From the NCBI RefSeq assembly GCF_001735745.1, contig NZ_CP017260.1, forward strand, positions 2,610,001 through 2,642,000: 32,000 bases of DNA, in the 5' to 3' direction. Source of the stretch: Formosa sp. Hel1_33_131. Lineage in GTDB: Bacteria > Bacteroidota > Bacteroidia > Flavobacteriales > Flavobacteriaceae. Below, in pieces: positions 16,401-23,831 of the stretch (its first letter is position 1; each line of letters starts with the position of its first letter). The notes below the pieces were generated by a model that saw nothing but the letters and a program-made list of their open reading frames with translations, made no database searches and was not told the DNA's origin. The position numbers and the translations under genes were made by a program.

Positions 16401-17147
16401 ATGAGGGATCAATCAGAACTAGTTGCTGTATTAATAGAAAATAGAATTTTTACTTGCCGTGGAGCACAAGTGATGCTCGACTATCATTTGGCAGAACTGT
16501 ATCAAGTGAAAACGAAAAGACTTAATGAACAGGTAAAAAGAAATCTAAAACGTTTCCCTGAGTCTTTTATGTTTCAACTTTCTGAGTCAGAGTGGGAGAA
16601 TTTGCAGTCGCAAATTGCGACCGCAAAAAGAAGAGCTTTACCCTACGTGTTTACAGAACAAGGAGTCGCCATGTTAGCTTCGGTTTTGCGAAGTGAAATA
16701 GCAGTAAACGTTAGCATTGCTATTATGACTGCCTTTGTAGAAATGCGAAAAAGCATAGGTAACCACCAACAATTATTGAAATTATCTGATGATTTTGTAA
16801 ATAAACTTATTAAAAAAGCAAACCAATCTATTGTTGTTATTGATAACTATATAGACGACAGTGTAATCACGCAACTCACCAAAAAAGCGAAGTATGTAAA
16901 GGTATTTTTACTTAGTAGAACCTTTGATAAAAAACTACAACTAGATATTGACAAAGCCAATACTCAATATCCCACATTTAAGGCCATTATCTTTTCCAAA
17001 TCTCATGACCGTTTTTTAATTTTAGATGGTACAGATGTATACCATATTGGTGCCTCATTAAAAGATTTAGGTAAAAAATGGTTTGCGTTTTCTAAGTTGA
17101 ACAGTGACTCTGTTACAGTTATTAACCAAATTAAAGGGATGCTATGA
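16401..17147 (+). CDS. ORF6N (KilA-N-related) domain DNA-binding protein with a conserved C-terminal domain
   Basis: 248 aa. The N-terminus RGAQVMLDYHLAELYQVKTKRLNEQVKRNLKRFPESFMFQLSESEW...LPYVFTEQGVAMLASVLRSE matches the ORF6N pattern. The C-terminus contains SIVVIDNYIDDSV...SHDRFLILDG..YHIGASLKDLGKKWFAF. Confidence 0.75.
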   Translation: MRDQSELVAVLIENRIFTCRGAQVMLDYHLAELYQVKTKRLNEQVKRNLKRFPESFMFQLSESEWENLQSQIATAKRRALPYVFTEQGVAMLASVLRSEIAVNVSIAIMTAFVEMRKSIGNHQQLLKLSDDFVNKLIKKANQSIVVIDNYIDDSVITQLTKKAKYVKVFLLSRTFDKKLQLDIDKANTQYPTFKAIIFSKSHDRFLILDGTDVYHIGASLKDLGKKWFAFSKLNSDSVTVINQIKGML

Positions 17148-17222
17148 AAAATGAAATCGTTTAGATAAACAAGAAGTGATCGGCCAGTCGTTAAAAAAAA
17201 CTCAAAACCAATACAAAATAAT

Positions 17223-17825
17223 ATGAAAACAATTTTAATACTATTTCTAGGGTTTACAACTATTGTGGTAGGAGCGCAAGACTTGCCTTATATCGAAGAA
17301 ATGAAACTATTTCAAGAGGAATTAAATAAAGAATTTAAAAACCCTGATAAATCCCCCTTAACCAGAAGAGAGCAAAAGAGATTTAAAGGACATGATTTTT
17401 TTCCAATTAACAAATCCTTTCGTGTGGAAGCCAAATTTATCAAATCACAAGATGAAGTTCCGTTTAAGATGAAAACTACAACAGATAGAGTTCCTATTTA
17501 TGAGAAATATGGAGAAGCTATTTTTGAAATTGAAGATAAAAAATACAAATTAAATATTTATCAAAATCATCGGTTAAGGAAAATGGAAAAATATAGAAAC
17601 CATTTATTTCTGCCTTTTACAGATTTAACAAATGGTGAAGAAACCTATGGAGGAGGAAGATATATAGATTTAAGTATCCCAGATTCAGACACAATTATCA
17701 TTGATTTTAATAAGGCTTATAATCCGTATTGTGCATACAGTTCCACACGTTCCTGTCCAATTCCACCAAGAGAAAATAACCTTGATTTGAAAGTAGAAGC
17801 AGGCGTAAGAATTGTAAATCATTAA
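17223..17825 (+). CDS. DUF1684 domain protein (secreted)
   Basis: 200 aa with a signal peptide. Motifs YGGGRYIDL and FNKAYNPYCAYSSTRSCPIPPRENNL are characteristic of DUF1684. Confidence 0.7.
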   Translation: MKTILILFLGFTTIVVGAQDLPYIEEMKLFQEELNKEFKNPDKSPLTRREQKRFKGHDFFPINKSFRVEAKFIKSQDEVPFKMKTTTDRVPIYEKYGEAIFEIEDKKYKLNIYQNHRLRKMEKYRNHLFLPFTDLTNGEETYGGGRYIDLSIPDSDTIIIDFNKAYNPYCAYSSTRSCPIPPRENNLDLKVEAGVRIVNH

Positions 17826-17875
17826 TCTCTATCAATCTCTATAAACCTTAAAACTAAAACCTAACACAAATACCC

Positions 17876-18145
17876 ATGTCTGAACAAACAAAATTAATCC
17901 CAGGAAATTCTTTAATCACTGCAACTCCAGAAGATGGCCGCGCTTTAGCTGTGAAAATGGCCCGCTTAATTATTAAAATTACTCAACCGGATGCTGAAAT
18001 ACGTGAACAGCTACGCCCAAAATACGCCAATGACGCTGCGATGCTGATTGCCATTGGTCAGACCGTAGCCACTGAATTTGCCACCATTGCCAAGGCAAAT
18101 GAGTATTGGAAAAACACTAAAACCATAAAATCAGGTATTTACTAA
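17876..18145 (+). CDS. hypothetical protein
   Basis: 89 aa ORF with an ATG start. It has no overlapping better ORF and no motif I recognise. Confidence 0.4.
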   Translation: MSEQTKLIPGNSLITATPEDGRALAVKMARLIIKITQPDAEIREQLRPKYANDAAMLIAIGQTVATEFATIAKANEYWKNTKTIKSGIY

Positions 18146-18164
18146 TTTGTATTCTGGAATAGCT

Positions 18165-18650
18165 ATGAAAAATAAATATCTGATAACTTTAGTGATTTTA
18201 TCGGTTCTTTGTAGTTCTTGCTACTCTTTTAAAATATACCCAAAAGAATATCGAAAACTTAAAAATGAGTATACAAGACCGAACGCGTATGTAATTAATG
18301 ATACTCTTAAAGAAGAATTAAAAATATTGAAATTTTCGGAATTGTTCAATATTGTAAACGATAGTAGTTCGGCAGAACTAAAAATAAAACTTTACCCTTT
18401 AGAACAAACTCTTGTATGTGGGCAACCATTTATAATATCAATGTTGACTTTAGGGCAACTGCCAGTGTATTTACATGATATGTATTTATATAAATTTGAT
18501 GAAATCGAGAAAGGGATGGCAACCCAAAGAGAATTGGACTTAAAAATTGCTCAAAGAGTTTGGTTTTGGGATCTATTTGTGTTTAATAAAAGATTTGAAG
18601 AAAATGCAGGAAATGCAGTTTTGGGTGAATACCAACAAAACAGTAAATAA
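18165..18650 (+). CDS. putative lipoprotein
   Basis: The track start at 18147 is TTG. The in-frame ATG at 18165 gives MKNKYLITLVILSVLCSSC (lipobox-like). Confidence 0.5.
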   Translation: MKNKYLITLVILSVLCSSCYSFKIYPKEYRKLKNEYTRPNAYVINDTLKEELKILKFSELFNIVNDSSSAELKIKLYPLEQTLVCGQPFIISMLTLGQLPVYLHDMYLYKFDEIEKGMATQRELDLKIAQRVWFWDLFVFNKRFEENAGNAVLGEYQQNSK

Positions 18651-18679
18651 TCACTAACTTTCATCCTCAAATTATAAAC

Positions 18680-19207
18680 ATGAAATACCTCCTCACAGGG
18701 CAAGAAACCGAACGGCTTAAATTTAGAAAACTGCAACCAGACGATTTTGAGACTTGGCTGCCTATGTTTAAAGCTAATAATATTGCTAAATTTTTAGACT
18801 TAGATCCTAAAGCATCAGAATCTGAATTGTGTACATCATGGTTTGATAAAGCTTTTCATAGATACGAAAATGATTTGGGAGGCATGAACGTTTTGATTGA
18901 CAAAAACACCAACCGTCTTGTCGGGCAATGTGGTATTTTAGTTCAAACGATTGAAGAAGTTGAGCGCCTAGAAATTGGGTATTCATTACTTCCAGAGTTT
19001 TGGGGGCGTGGGTATGCTTCCGAAGCGGCCTTGAAATGTAAAAATTATGCTTTTGAACATAATTTTTCGGACGTATTAATGTCCATGGTCCATGTTGAGA
19101 ATATAAGTTCAGAAAAAGTCGCTCTAAGAAACGGAATGGACTTTGAGAAAAAAATAAAGGATTTTAATGTTTTTAGTATTGATAAAGAAAAATGGAAATC
19201 GAGATAA
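18680..19207 (+). CDS. GNAT family N-acetyltransferase (RimJ/RimL-like)
   Basis: 175 aa. The motif IGYSLLPEFWGRGYASEAA is typical of the acetyl-CoA binding region. Confidence 0.8.
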   Translation: MKYLLTGQETERLKFRKLQPDDFETWLPMFKANNIAKFLDLDPKASESELCTSWFDKAFHRYENDLGGMNVLIDKNTNRLVGQCGILVQTIEEVERLEIGYSLLPEFWGRGYASEAALKCKNYAFEHNFSDVLMSMVHVENISSEKVALRNGMDFEKKIKDFNVFSIDKEKWKSR

Positions 19208-19226
19208 CTTTTTAACCAAAACCCCA

Positions 19227-19256
19227 TAAAAAAAAGGCTCCCTTTACAGGAAGCCT
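19227..19256 (-). terminator. terminator for the lipoprotein gene 19282-20241
   Basis: Hairpin 19235-19256 (AGGCTCCC TTTACA GGAAGCCT, one mismatch), preceded on the + strand by A9, which is a U-run on the - strand. Confidence 0.5.
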
Positions 19257-19281
19257 CTTTACATAAAAATAATTTGGATTA

Positions 19282-20241
19282 TTAATTTCTAGAAAACGTA
19301 TAAAGTGTATAATACGTTTCATAAAAAGCGTTGACAGGATCAGGCCTTTCAAAAGTAGAAAACGCACCTTCCGTATCGGTCAAATATTCGACAGTAATAA
19401 CTGTAGTATCCTCTTCAGTTCCTACAGTAAATGCAGTTTGAGTTTCATCGGTCCAATTCCAAACATTGGATTCGATATAAGTTCCTTGGTTGCTTCCTCT
19501 CCAAACCAATGCATATGTGCCATAAGTTGAAATAGTAAGAGTGATGCTTGTAGCTGTTGTACAGCCATCAATTAACACATCATCGTCCTCATCGCTTGAA
19601 TACTCATAACAAGGTTCATTTAGCCACTCTGAAGTTTTGTCTAGCCAGGTGTTTTCAACCATTGAAACAAGGGTCCAGTTTCCAACGATTTTCGCATGAT
19701 TGGAGTCCGGATCTATTGTAATACTTTCATCCATTGGCACATCTTTTTCAGCAGCATATTCTCCTAGAAGATTATCACAAGTCGCAAATCCTTCAGGAAT
19801 ACTCCATTCGATTAAAAAGGTAGCAAAAATCTCAGTAGCACTTTCAGTCACCACAACTTCGGTTAAAGATGCAATCGTAATTACTGAGTTGTCGGATTCA
19901 AACTTTAAATCGATACTTGAAACGTTTCCGTCAGCACTTACATTAATTTCGTAGTCTCCAGAAAGTGTTTGAGATTCTCCATCCACAGTTACTTGCATGA
20001 TATATACATCATCTGTAAACTCAATAGAATTAAAAGTACAATCCGAAGCGGCTAATCTTGAGCTGCTTGAAAAATTCCATTTACCATAAATGGTTTCTTT
20101 AGCTTCATCAGGCGTTTGTTCTGAAACCGTTCCAGTAACATTCAAATCAGTCCCATCCCCGTTGGAAGGAGTTACAGAAGAATCATCACTACTACAAGCT
20201 ACAACCAGTATAATAGTACATAAATAAATTAATTTTTTCAT
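19282..20241 (-). CDS. lipoprotein, possibly two lipocalin-like domains
   Basis: 319 aa. Lipoprotein signal LVVACSSDD and two GxW motifs (YGKWNF, VGNWTLVS) as seen in lipocalin-like domains. No functional assignment. Confidence 0.55.
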   Translation of the reverse strand: MKKLIYLCTIILVVACSSDDSSVTPSNGDGTDLNVTGTVSEQTPDEAKETIYGKWNFSSSSRLAASDCTFNSIEFTDDVYIMQVTVDGESQTLSGDYEINVSADGNVSSIDLKFESDNSVITIASLTEVVVTESATEIFATFLIEWSIPEGFATCDNLLGEYAAEKDVPMDESITIDPDSNHAKIVGNWTLVSMVENTWLDKTSEWLNEPCYEYSSDEDDDVLIDGCTTATSITLTISTYGTYALVWRGSNQGTYIESNVWNWTDETQTAFTVGTEEDTTVITVEYLTDTEGAFSTFERPDPVNAFYETYYTLYTFSRN

Positions 20242-20385
20242 AATATCTTAAGTTAAAATAAGTTGTAAAAGTAAAGTAATATTTTTAAAATAGATAAGTT
20301 TTTAACGGATTATATTAGAGTTATAATACAATAAAATTGGGTAGATTCTATTAAAAAAAGAAACCCCAACAATCAAATGATTATC

Positions 20386-20415
20386 GGATTTCTTTTGCGG
20401 AGCGTAAGGATTGCA
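20386..20415 (-). pseudogene. degenerate duplicate of the tRNA-Ser 3' end plus 12 bp of downstream flank
   Basis: GGATTTCTTTTGCGGAGCGTAAGGATTGCA (20386-20415) aligns with GGATTTCTTTTGCGGAGAGTAAGGGATTCGA (20550-20580). The first 17 nt are identical, then 1 substitution and 1 indel. No D arm or anticodon arm follows. It has its own downstream hairpin and T-run (about 20345-20388). Confidence 0.55.
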
Positions 20416-20520
20416 TATCCCCGATGGAAATCCAATACAAACATAAAATCCCAAACAAAGCTACGCATTGTTCAATTTTGTATTTTCACACGCTTATGAA
20501 AGCAAGCTTTCAACACTTAT

Positions 20521-20555
20521 AAAAACACAAAATCCAAAACTTTCGTTTTGGATTT
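20521..20555 (-). terminator. tRNA-Ser terminator
   Basis: Stem 20530-20540 pairs with 20545-20555 (AAATCCAAAAC / GTTTTGGATTT, loop TTTC), followed on the - strand by TGTGTTTTT. Confidence 0.7.
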
Positions 20556-20561
20556 CTTTTG

Positions 20562-20646
20562 CGGAGAGTAAGGGATTCGAACCCCTGGAGGTGTGACCCT
20601 CAACAGTTTTCAAGACTGCCGCATTCGACCACTCTGCCAACTCTCC
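20562..20646 (-). tRNA. tRNA-Ser (anticodon UGA), class II with a long variable arm
   Basis: The reverse complement reads GGAGAGTTGGCAGAGTGGTCGAATGCGGCAGTCTTGAAAACTGTTGAGGGTCACACCTCCAGGGGTTCGAATCCCTTACTCTCCG. Acceptor GGAGAGT/ACTCTCC, anticodon loop CT-TGA-AA, T-loop GGTTCGAATCC, discriminator G. The track ORF 20494-20685 is its spurious translation. Confidence 0.95.
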
Positions 20647-20655
20647 AATGGGCTG

Positions 20656-20663
20656 CAAATATA
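20656..20663 (-). promoter_or_regulatory. candidate -7 box TATATTTG for tRNA-Ser
   Basis: The reverse strand matches TAnnTTTG and ends 10 nt upstream of the tRNA 5' end. Confidence 0.4.
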
Positions 20664-20776
20664 AAAGGGTTTTTAGTTCTAGCAAATACTTTTAGTAATT
20701 ATTTTCAAAAAATTTAATTCGTCTATTTTTAAGCAATTATTAAGAATAATTTTTGTCAAAACGTTGTAAAATTATA

Positions 20777-20784
20777 TACTTTTG
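20777..20784 (+). promoter_or_regulatory. candidate -7 box TACTTTTG
   Basis: Matches TAnnTTTG 16 nt upstream of ATG 20800, with a TTG at 20753-20755. It overlaps the TTG start proposed by the track (20782). Confidence 0.35.
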
Positions 20785-20799
20785 AAAAAAAACTTAATT

Positions 20800-21432
20800 A
20801 TGGACATTATAAAGGCTCTTGAATGGCGCTATGCAACTAAAAAATTTGATTCTGAAGCCATCATCTCCGAAGAAACAATTGCGTTACTTAAACAAGCATT
20901 TAACCTGACGGCAAGTTCTTATGGGCTTCAACCCGTAAAGCTGCTCATTGTGAGTAATAAATCAACTCTGAACGCCTTGGTACCTTTATCCATGAACCAA
21001 AAACAAGTAGGGCAGGCGTCTCATTTGTGTGTCTTTTGTGTAGAAACGAAGATAGATGAAGCTTATATTAGAGCGTTTTTTGATCGCATCATTTCTATTA
21101 ACAATACTCCAGACGAAGCTTTAAACCCGTTTCGAACGAGTGTCATTAACAGTTTTAAAGAGAAATCTGATGATGATGTTTTTAAATGGGGTGCAAAACA
21201 AGCGTATTTAGCCATGGGAAACATGCTGACCGTTTGTGCCACTCAAGGCGTGGATGCCTGTCCTATGGAAGGCTTTGACCCTGTAGAATACGATCGTTTT
21301 TTTAAACTGAACGAACAAGGCCTACGCTCTGTACTTGTCATGCCAATTGGCTACCGTGCCAAAGACGATATGTTTGGAGCGATGAAAAAAGTTCGTAAAC
21401 CCCTCAATGAATCAATTATAGAATTTAAATAA
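20800..21432 (+). CDS. NAD(P)H nitroreductase family protein
   Basis: The ATG at 20800 gives MDIIKALEWRYATKKFD..., a typical nitroreductase N-terminus. The sequence ...CPMEGFD... lies near the C-terminus. Confidence 0.85.
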   Translation: MDIIKALEWRYATKKFDSEAIISEETIALLKQAFNLTASSYGLQPVKLLIVSNKSTLNALVPLSMNQKQVGQASHLCVFCVETKIDEAYIRAFFDRIISINNTPDEALNPFRTSVINSFKEKSDDDVFKWGAKQAYLAMGNMLTVCATQGVDACPMEGFDPVEYDRFFKLNEQGLRSVLVMPIGYRAKDDMFGAMKKVRKPLNESIIEFK

Positions 21433-21439
21433 ACCTACT

Positions 21440-22636
21440 ATGCCCGGATTTGAACTATTTGGCGATGCCGAACGAAAAGAAGTAAATGATGTATTAGACA
21501 GTGGCGTTTTGATGCGCTATGGATTTGACGGTATGCGTCAAGGCCACTGGAAAGCAAAGGAATTAGAACACGCCATTCAATCTCGATTTGACGTAAAACA
21601 TGCCCAACTCCTCTCAAGTGGAACGGCTGCGGTGAGTCTCGCATTGGCATCTGCAGGAGTGGGTGCTGGCGATGAAGTGATCATGCCATGCTTTACATTT
21701 GTAGCCAGTTTTGAAGCCATTCTTATGTTGGGAGCAACTCCAATTCTTGTGGATATAGATGATACTTTGACTTTGGATATCGAGGCTGTTAAATCGGCGG
21801 TTACACCAAAAACAAAAGCCATCATGTGTGTACACATGTGTGGAAGTATGGGGGATTTAGACGCTTTAAAACAGATATGCGATGCACATAATCTATTTCT
21901 TATAGAAGATGCCTGTCAAGCCATAGGAGGGACTTACAAAGGAAAAGCTTTGGGAGCTATTGGTGACTTGGGGTGTTTTTCATTTGATTATGTCAAAACA
22001 GTCACTTGTGGAGAGGGCGGAGTTGTCATTACCAATAACAAAGAATTTTATACCCATTCAGATCAATTTAGCGATCACGGACACGACCACCAAGGAAGTG
22101 ATAGAGGAGCAGAAACCCATCCAATTTTAGGATATAATTTTCGTATCTCGGAATTAAATGCTGCTGTGGGGGTTGCACAATTCAGTCGTTTGGATGAATT
22201 TTTAGCGATTCAAAAAAAGCATTATACAATTATCAGAGACGAGTTGTCAAGTATAGAGGGCGTTACTTTTAGAACAGTTCCAGAAGGTGGAGAAGAAAGT
22301 TATGCGTTTTTAAACTTCTTTTTAGACGATTTAGAAACCGCTCGAAAGGTAAGTCAAGCGTTTAAGACCAATGGCATCGATGTGTGTTTTCATTATTTTG
22401 ATAACAACTGGCATTACATCCGTAAATGGGACCATTTGACCACTCAAAAATCAGTGTTTCCACTAAGTCAAGAAGTCAAGGAAGGTTTGTCTTATTTAAA
22501 AGATAGAACTTTTGAAAAATCTGATCATTTTATAGGAAGAAATTTATCCTGTTTGATAAAATTATCTTGGACAGAAGCGGAGGTAAAGCAAAGAGCTTTA
22601 ACCATGGCAAAACTGATTTGCGAAGTTACTGCTTAG
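21440..22636 (+). CDS. DegT/DnrJ/EryC1/StrS family PLP-dependent aminotransferase
   Basis: 398 aa. Motifs DEVIMPCFTFVAS, EDACQAIGG and FSFDYVKTVTCGEGG (PLP Lys). Confidence 0.85.
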   Translation: MPGFELFGDAERKEVNDVLDSGVLMRYGFDGMRQGHWKAKELEHAIQSRFDVKHAQLLSSGTAAVSLALASAGVGAGDEVIMPCFTFVASFEAILMLGATPILVDIDDTLTLDIEAVKSAVTPKTKAIMCVHMCGSMGDLDALKQICDAHNLFLIEDACQAIGGTYKGKALGAIGDLGCFSFDYVKTVTCGEGGVVITNNKEFYTHSDQFSDHGHDHQGSDRGAETHPILGYNFRISELNAAVGVAQFSRLDEFLAIQKKHYTIIRDELSSIEGVTFRTVPEGGEESYAFLNFFLDDLETARKVSQAFKTNGIDVCFHYFDNNWHYIRKWDHLTTQKSVFPLSQEVKEGLSYLKDRTFEKSDHFIGRNLSCLIKLSWTEAEVKQRALTMAKLICEVTA

Positions 22637-23787
22637 TAATTGATATAGTCAACGATTTCTAAACCGTAACCTATAATCCCCACACGTTTGGTTTGTTCAC
22701 TGTTGGATATAAGTCCTAACTTATGAATATTTAAATCGTGAAGAATTTGTGCGCCTATTCCAAAATCTTTGGAATCCATTCCAATACTTGGTGCTTTGGT
22801 GATGGTTCCTTTTTGTTGGGTATTTTTCACAATTTCCAAGCGCTTTAAAAGACTTGCAGGTTGACTGACCTGATTGATAAAAAGAATAGCCCCTTTTCCG
22901 TGCTTATTAATTAATTTAAACATACCATCCAGCTGTTGGTCAGCATCATTGGTCAGCGTTCCTAAAACATCGTTGTTAACTAGCGATGAATTGATACGTG
23001 TCGGAACCGTTTCGTCCGTACCCCAAGTTCCTTTGGTTAAGGCAATATGAACCGAATCATTTGTGGTTTGTTGATATGCTCTCAGTCTGAAATCTCCAAA
23101 ACGTGTTTCTATTTGGAAGTCTTGTTTTTTCTTGATTAAAGAATCGTGCTCCATTCGGTAAGCCACTAAATCTTCAATAGAAATTATTTTTAAGTCAAAT
23201 TTTTCAGCCACGATCCTTAAATCAGGTAAACGTGCCATGGAGCCATCATCTTTCAAAATTTCAACCAAGATTCCTGCAGGCTGTAACCCAGCTAAGCGTG
23301 CCAAATCTATGGCAGCTTCCGTATGACCTGTTCGACGCAATACGCCACCATTCTTAGCTTTTAAAGGAAAGATATGACCTGGACGCCCTAAATCGTGCGG
23401 CTTGGTATTTGAATCGACTAATGATTTAATCGTTTTAGAACGGTCTGACGTAGAAATACCTGTCGTACAGCCACTTCCAATCAAATCCACAGAAACTGTA
23501 AACTGAGTGTTGTGAAGCACTGTATTATTTTGAACCATCATGTTAAGACCTAACTCATCACATCTGGTTTCAGTAAGTGGTGCACAGATCAAACCACGTC
23601 CATGCAAAGCCATGAAATTGATCATTTCAGGCGTTACTTTTTCAGCAGCAGCAATAAAATCGCCTTCATTTTCTCTATTTTCATCATCAACTACAACAAC
23701 TACTTTGCCTAATCGAATGTCATTAATAGCATCTTCGATACTGTTTAATTCAGTTTTTGATTGTGGTTTTTGTTCTGTAATCGACAT
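22633..23787 (-). CDS. ribBA: bifunctional 3,4-dihydroxy-2-butanone-4-phosphate synthase / GTP cyclohydrolase II
   Basis: 384 aa. RibB motifs (DDENRENEGDFI, GHTEAAIDLARLAG) followed by a RibA-like C-terminal half. Confidence 0.95.
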   Translation of the reverse strand: MSITEQKPQSKTELNSIEDAINDIRLGKVVVVVDDENRENEGDFIAAAEKVTPEMINFMALHGRGLICAPLTETRCDELGLNMMVQNNTVLHNTQFTVSVDLIGSGCTTGISTSDRSKTIKSLVDSNTKPHDLGRPGHIFPLKAKNGGVLRRTGHTEAAIDLARLAGLQPAGILVEILKDDGSMARLPDLRIVAEKFDLKIISIEDLVAYRMEHDSLIKKKQDFQIETRFGDFRLRAYQQTTNDSVHIALTKGTWGTDETVPTRINSSLVNNDVLGTLTNDADQQLDGMFKLINKHGKGAILFINQVSQPASLLKRLEIVKNTQQKGTITKAPSIGMDSKDFGIGAQILHDLNIHKLGLISNSEQTKRVGIIGYGLEIVDYINY

Positions 23788-23831
23788 TGTATTTTTATTT
23801 TTTGGTAAAGATATTATAAGTAATCCAATCG

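Noticed and set aside
20494-20685. 63-aa - strand ORF
   Set aside because: It is the spurious translation of the tRNA-Ser gene (…GELAEWSNAAVLKT…).
21438-21837. Three - strand ORFs antisense to the DegT aminotransferase gene
   Set aside because: They are shadow ORFs inside a well-supported 398-aa PLP enzyme frame.
23788-23831. FMN riboswitch upstream of ribBA
   Set aside because: Only 44 bp separate ribBA from the upstream lptF/G-like stop. That is too short for an FMN (RFN) element, and no conserved RFN core is visible.
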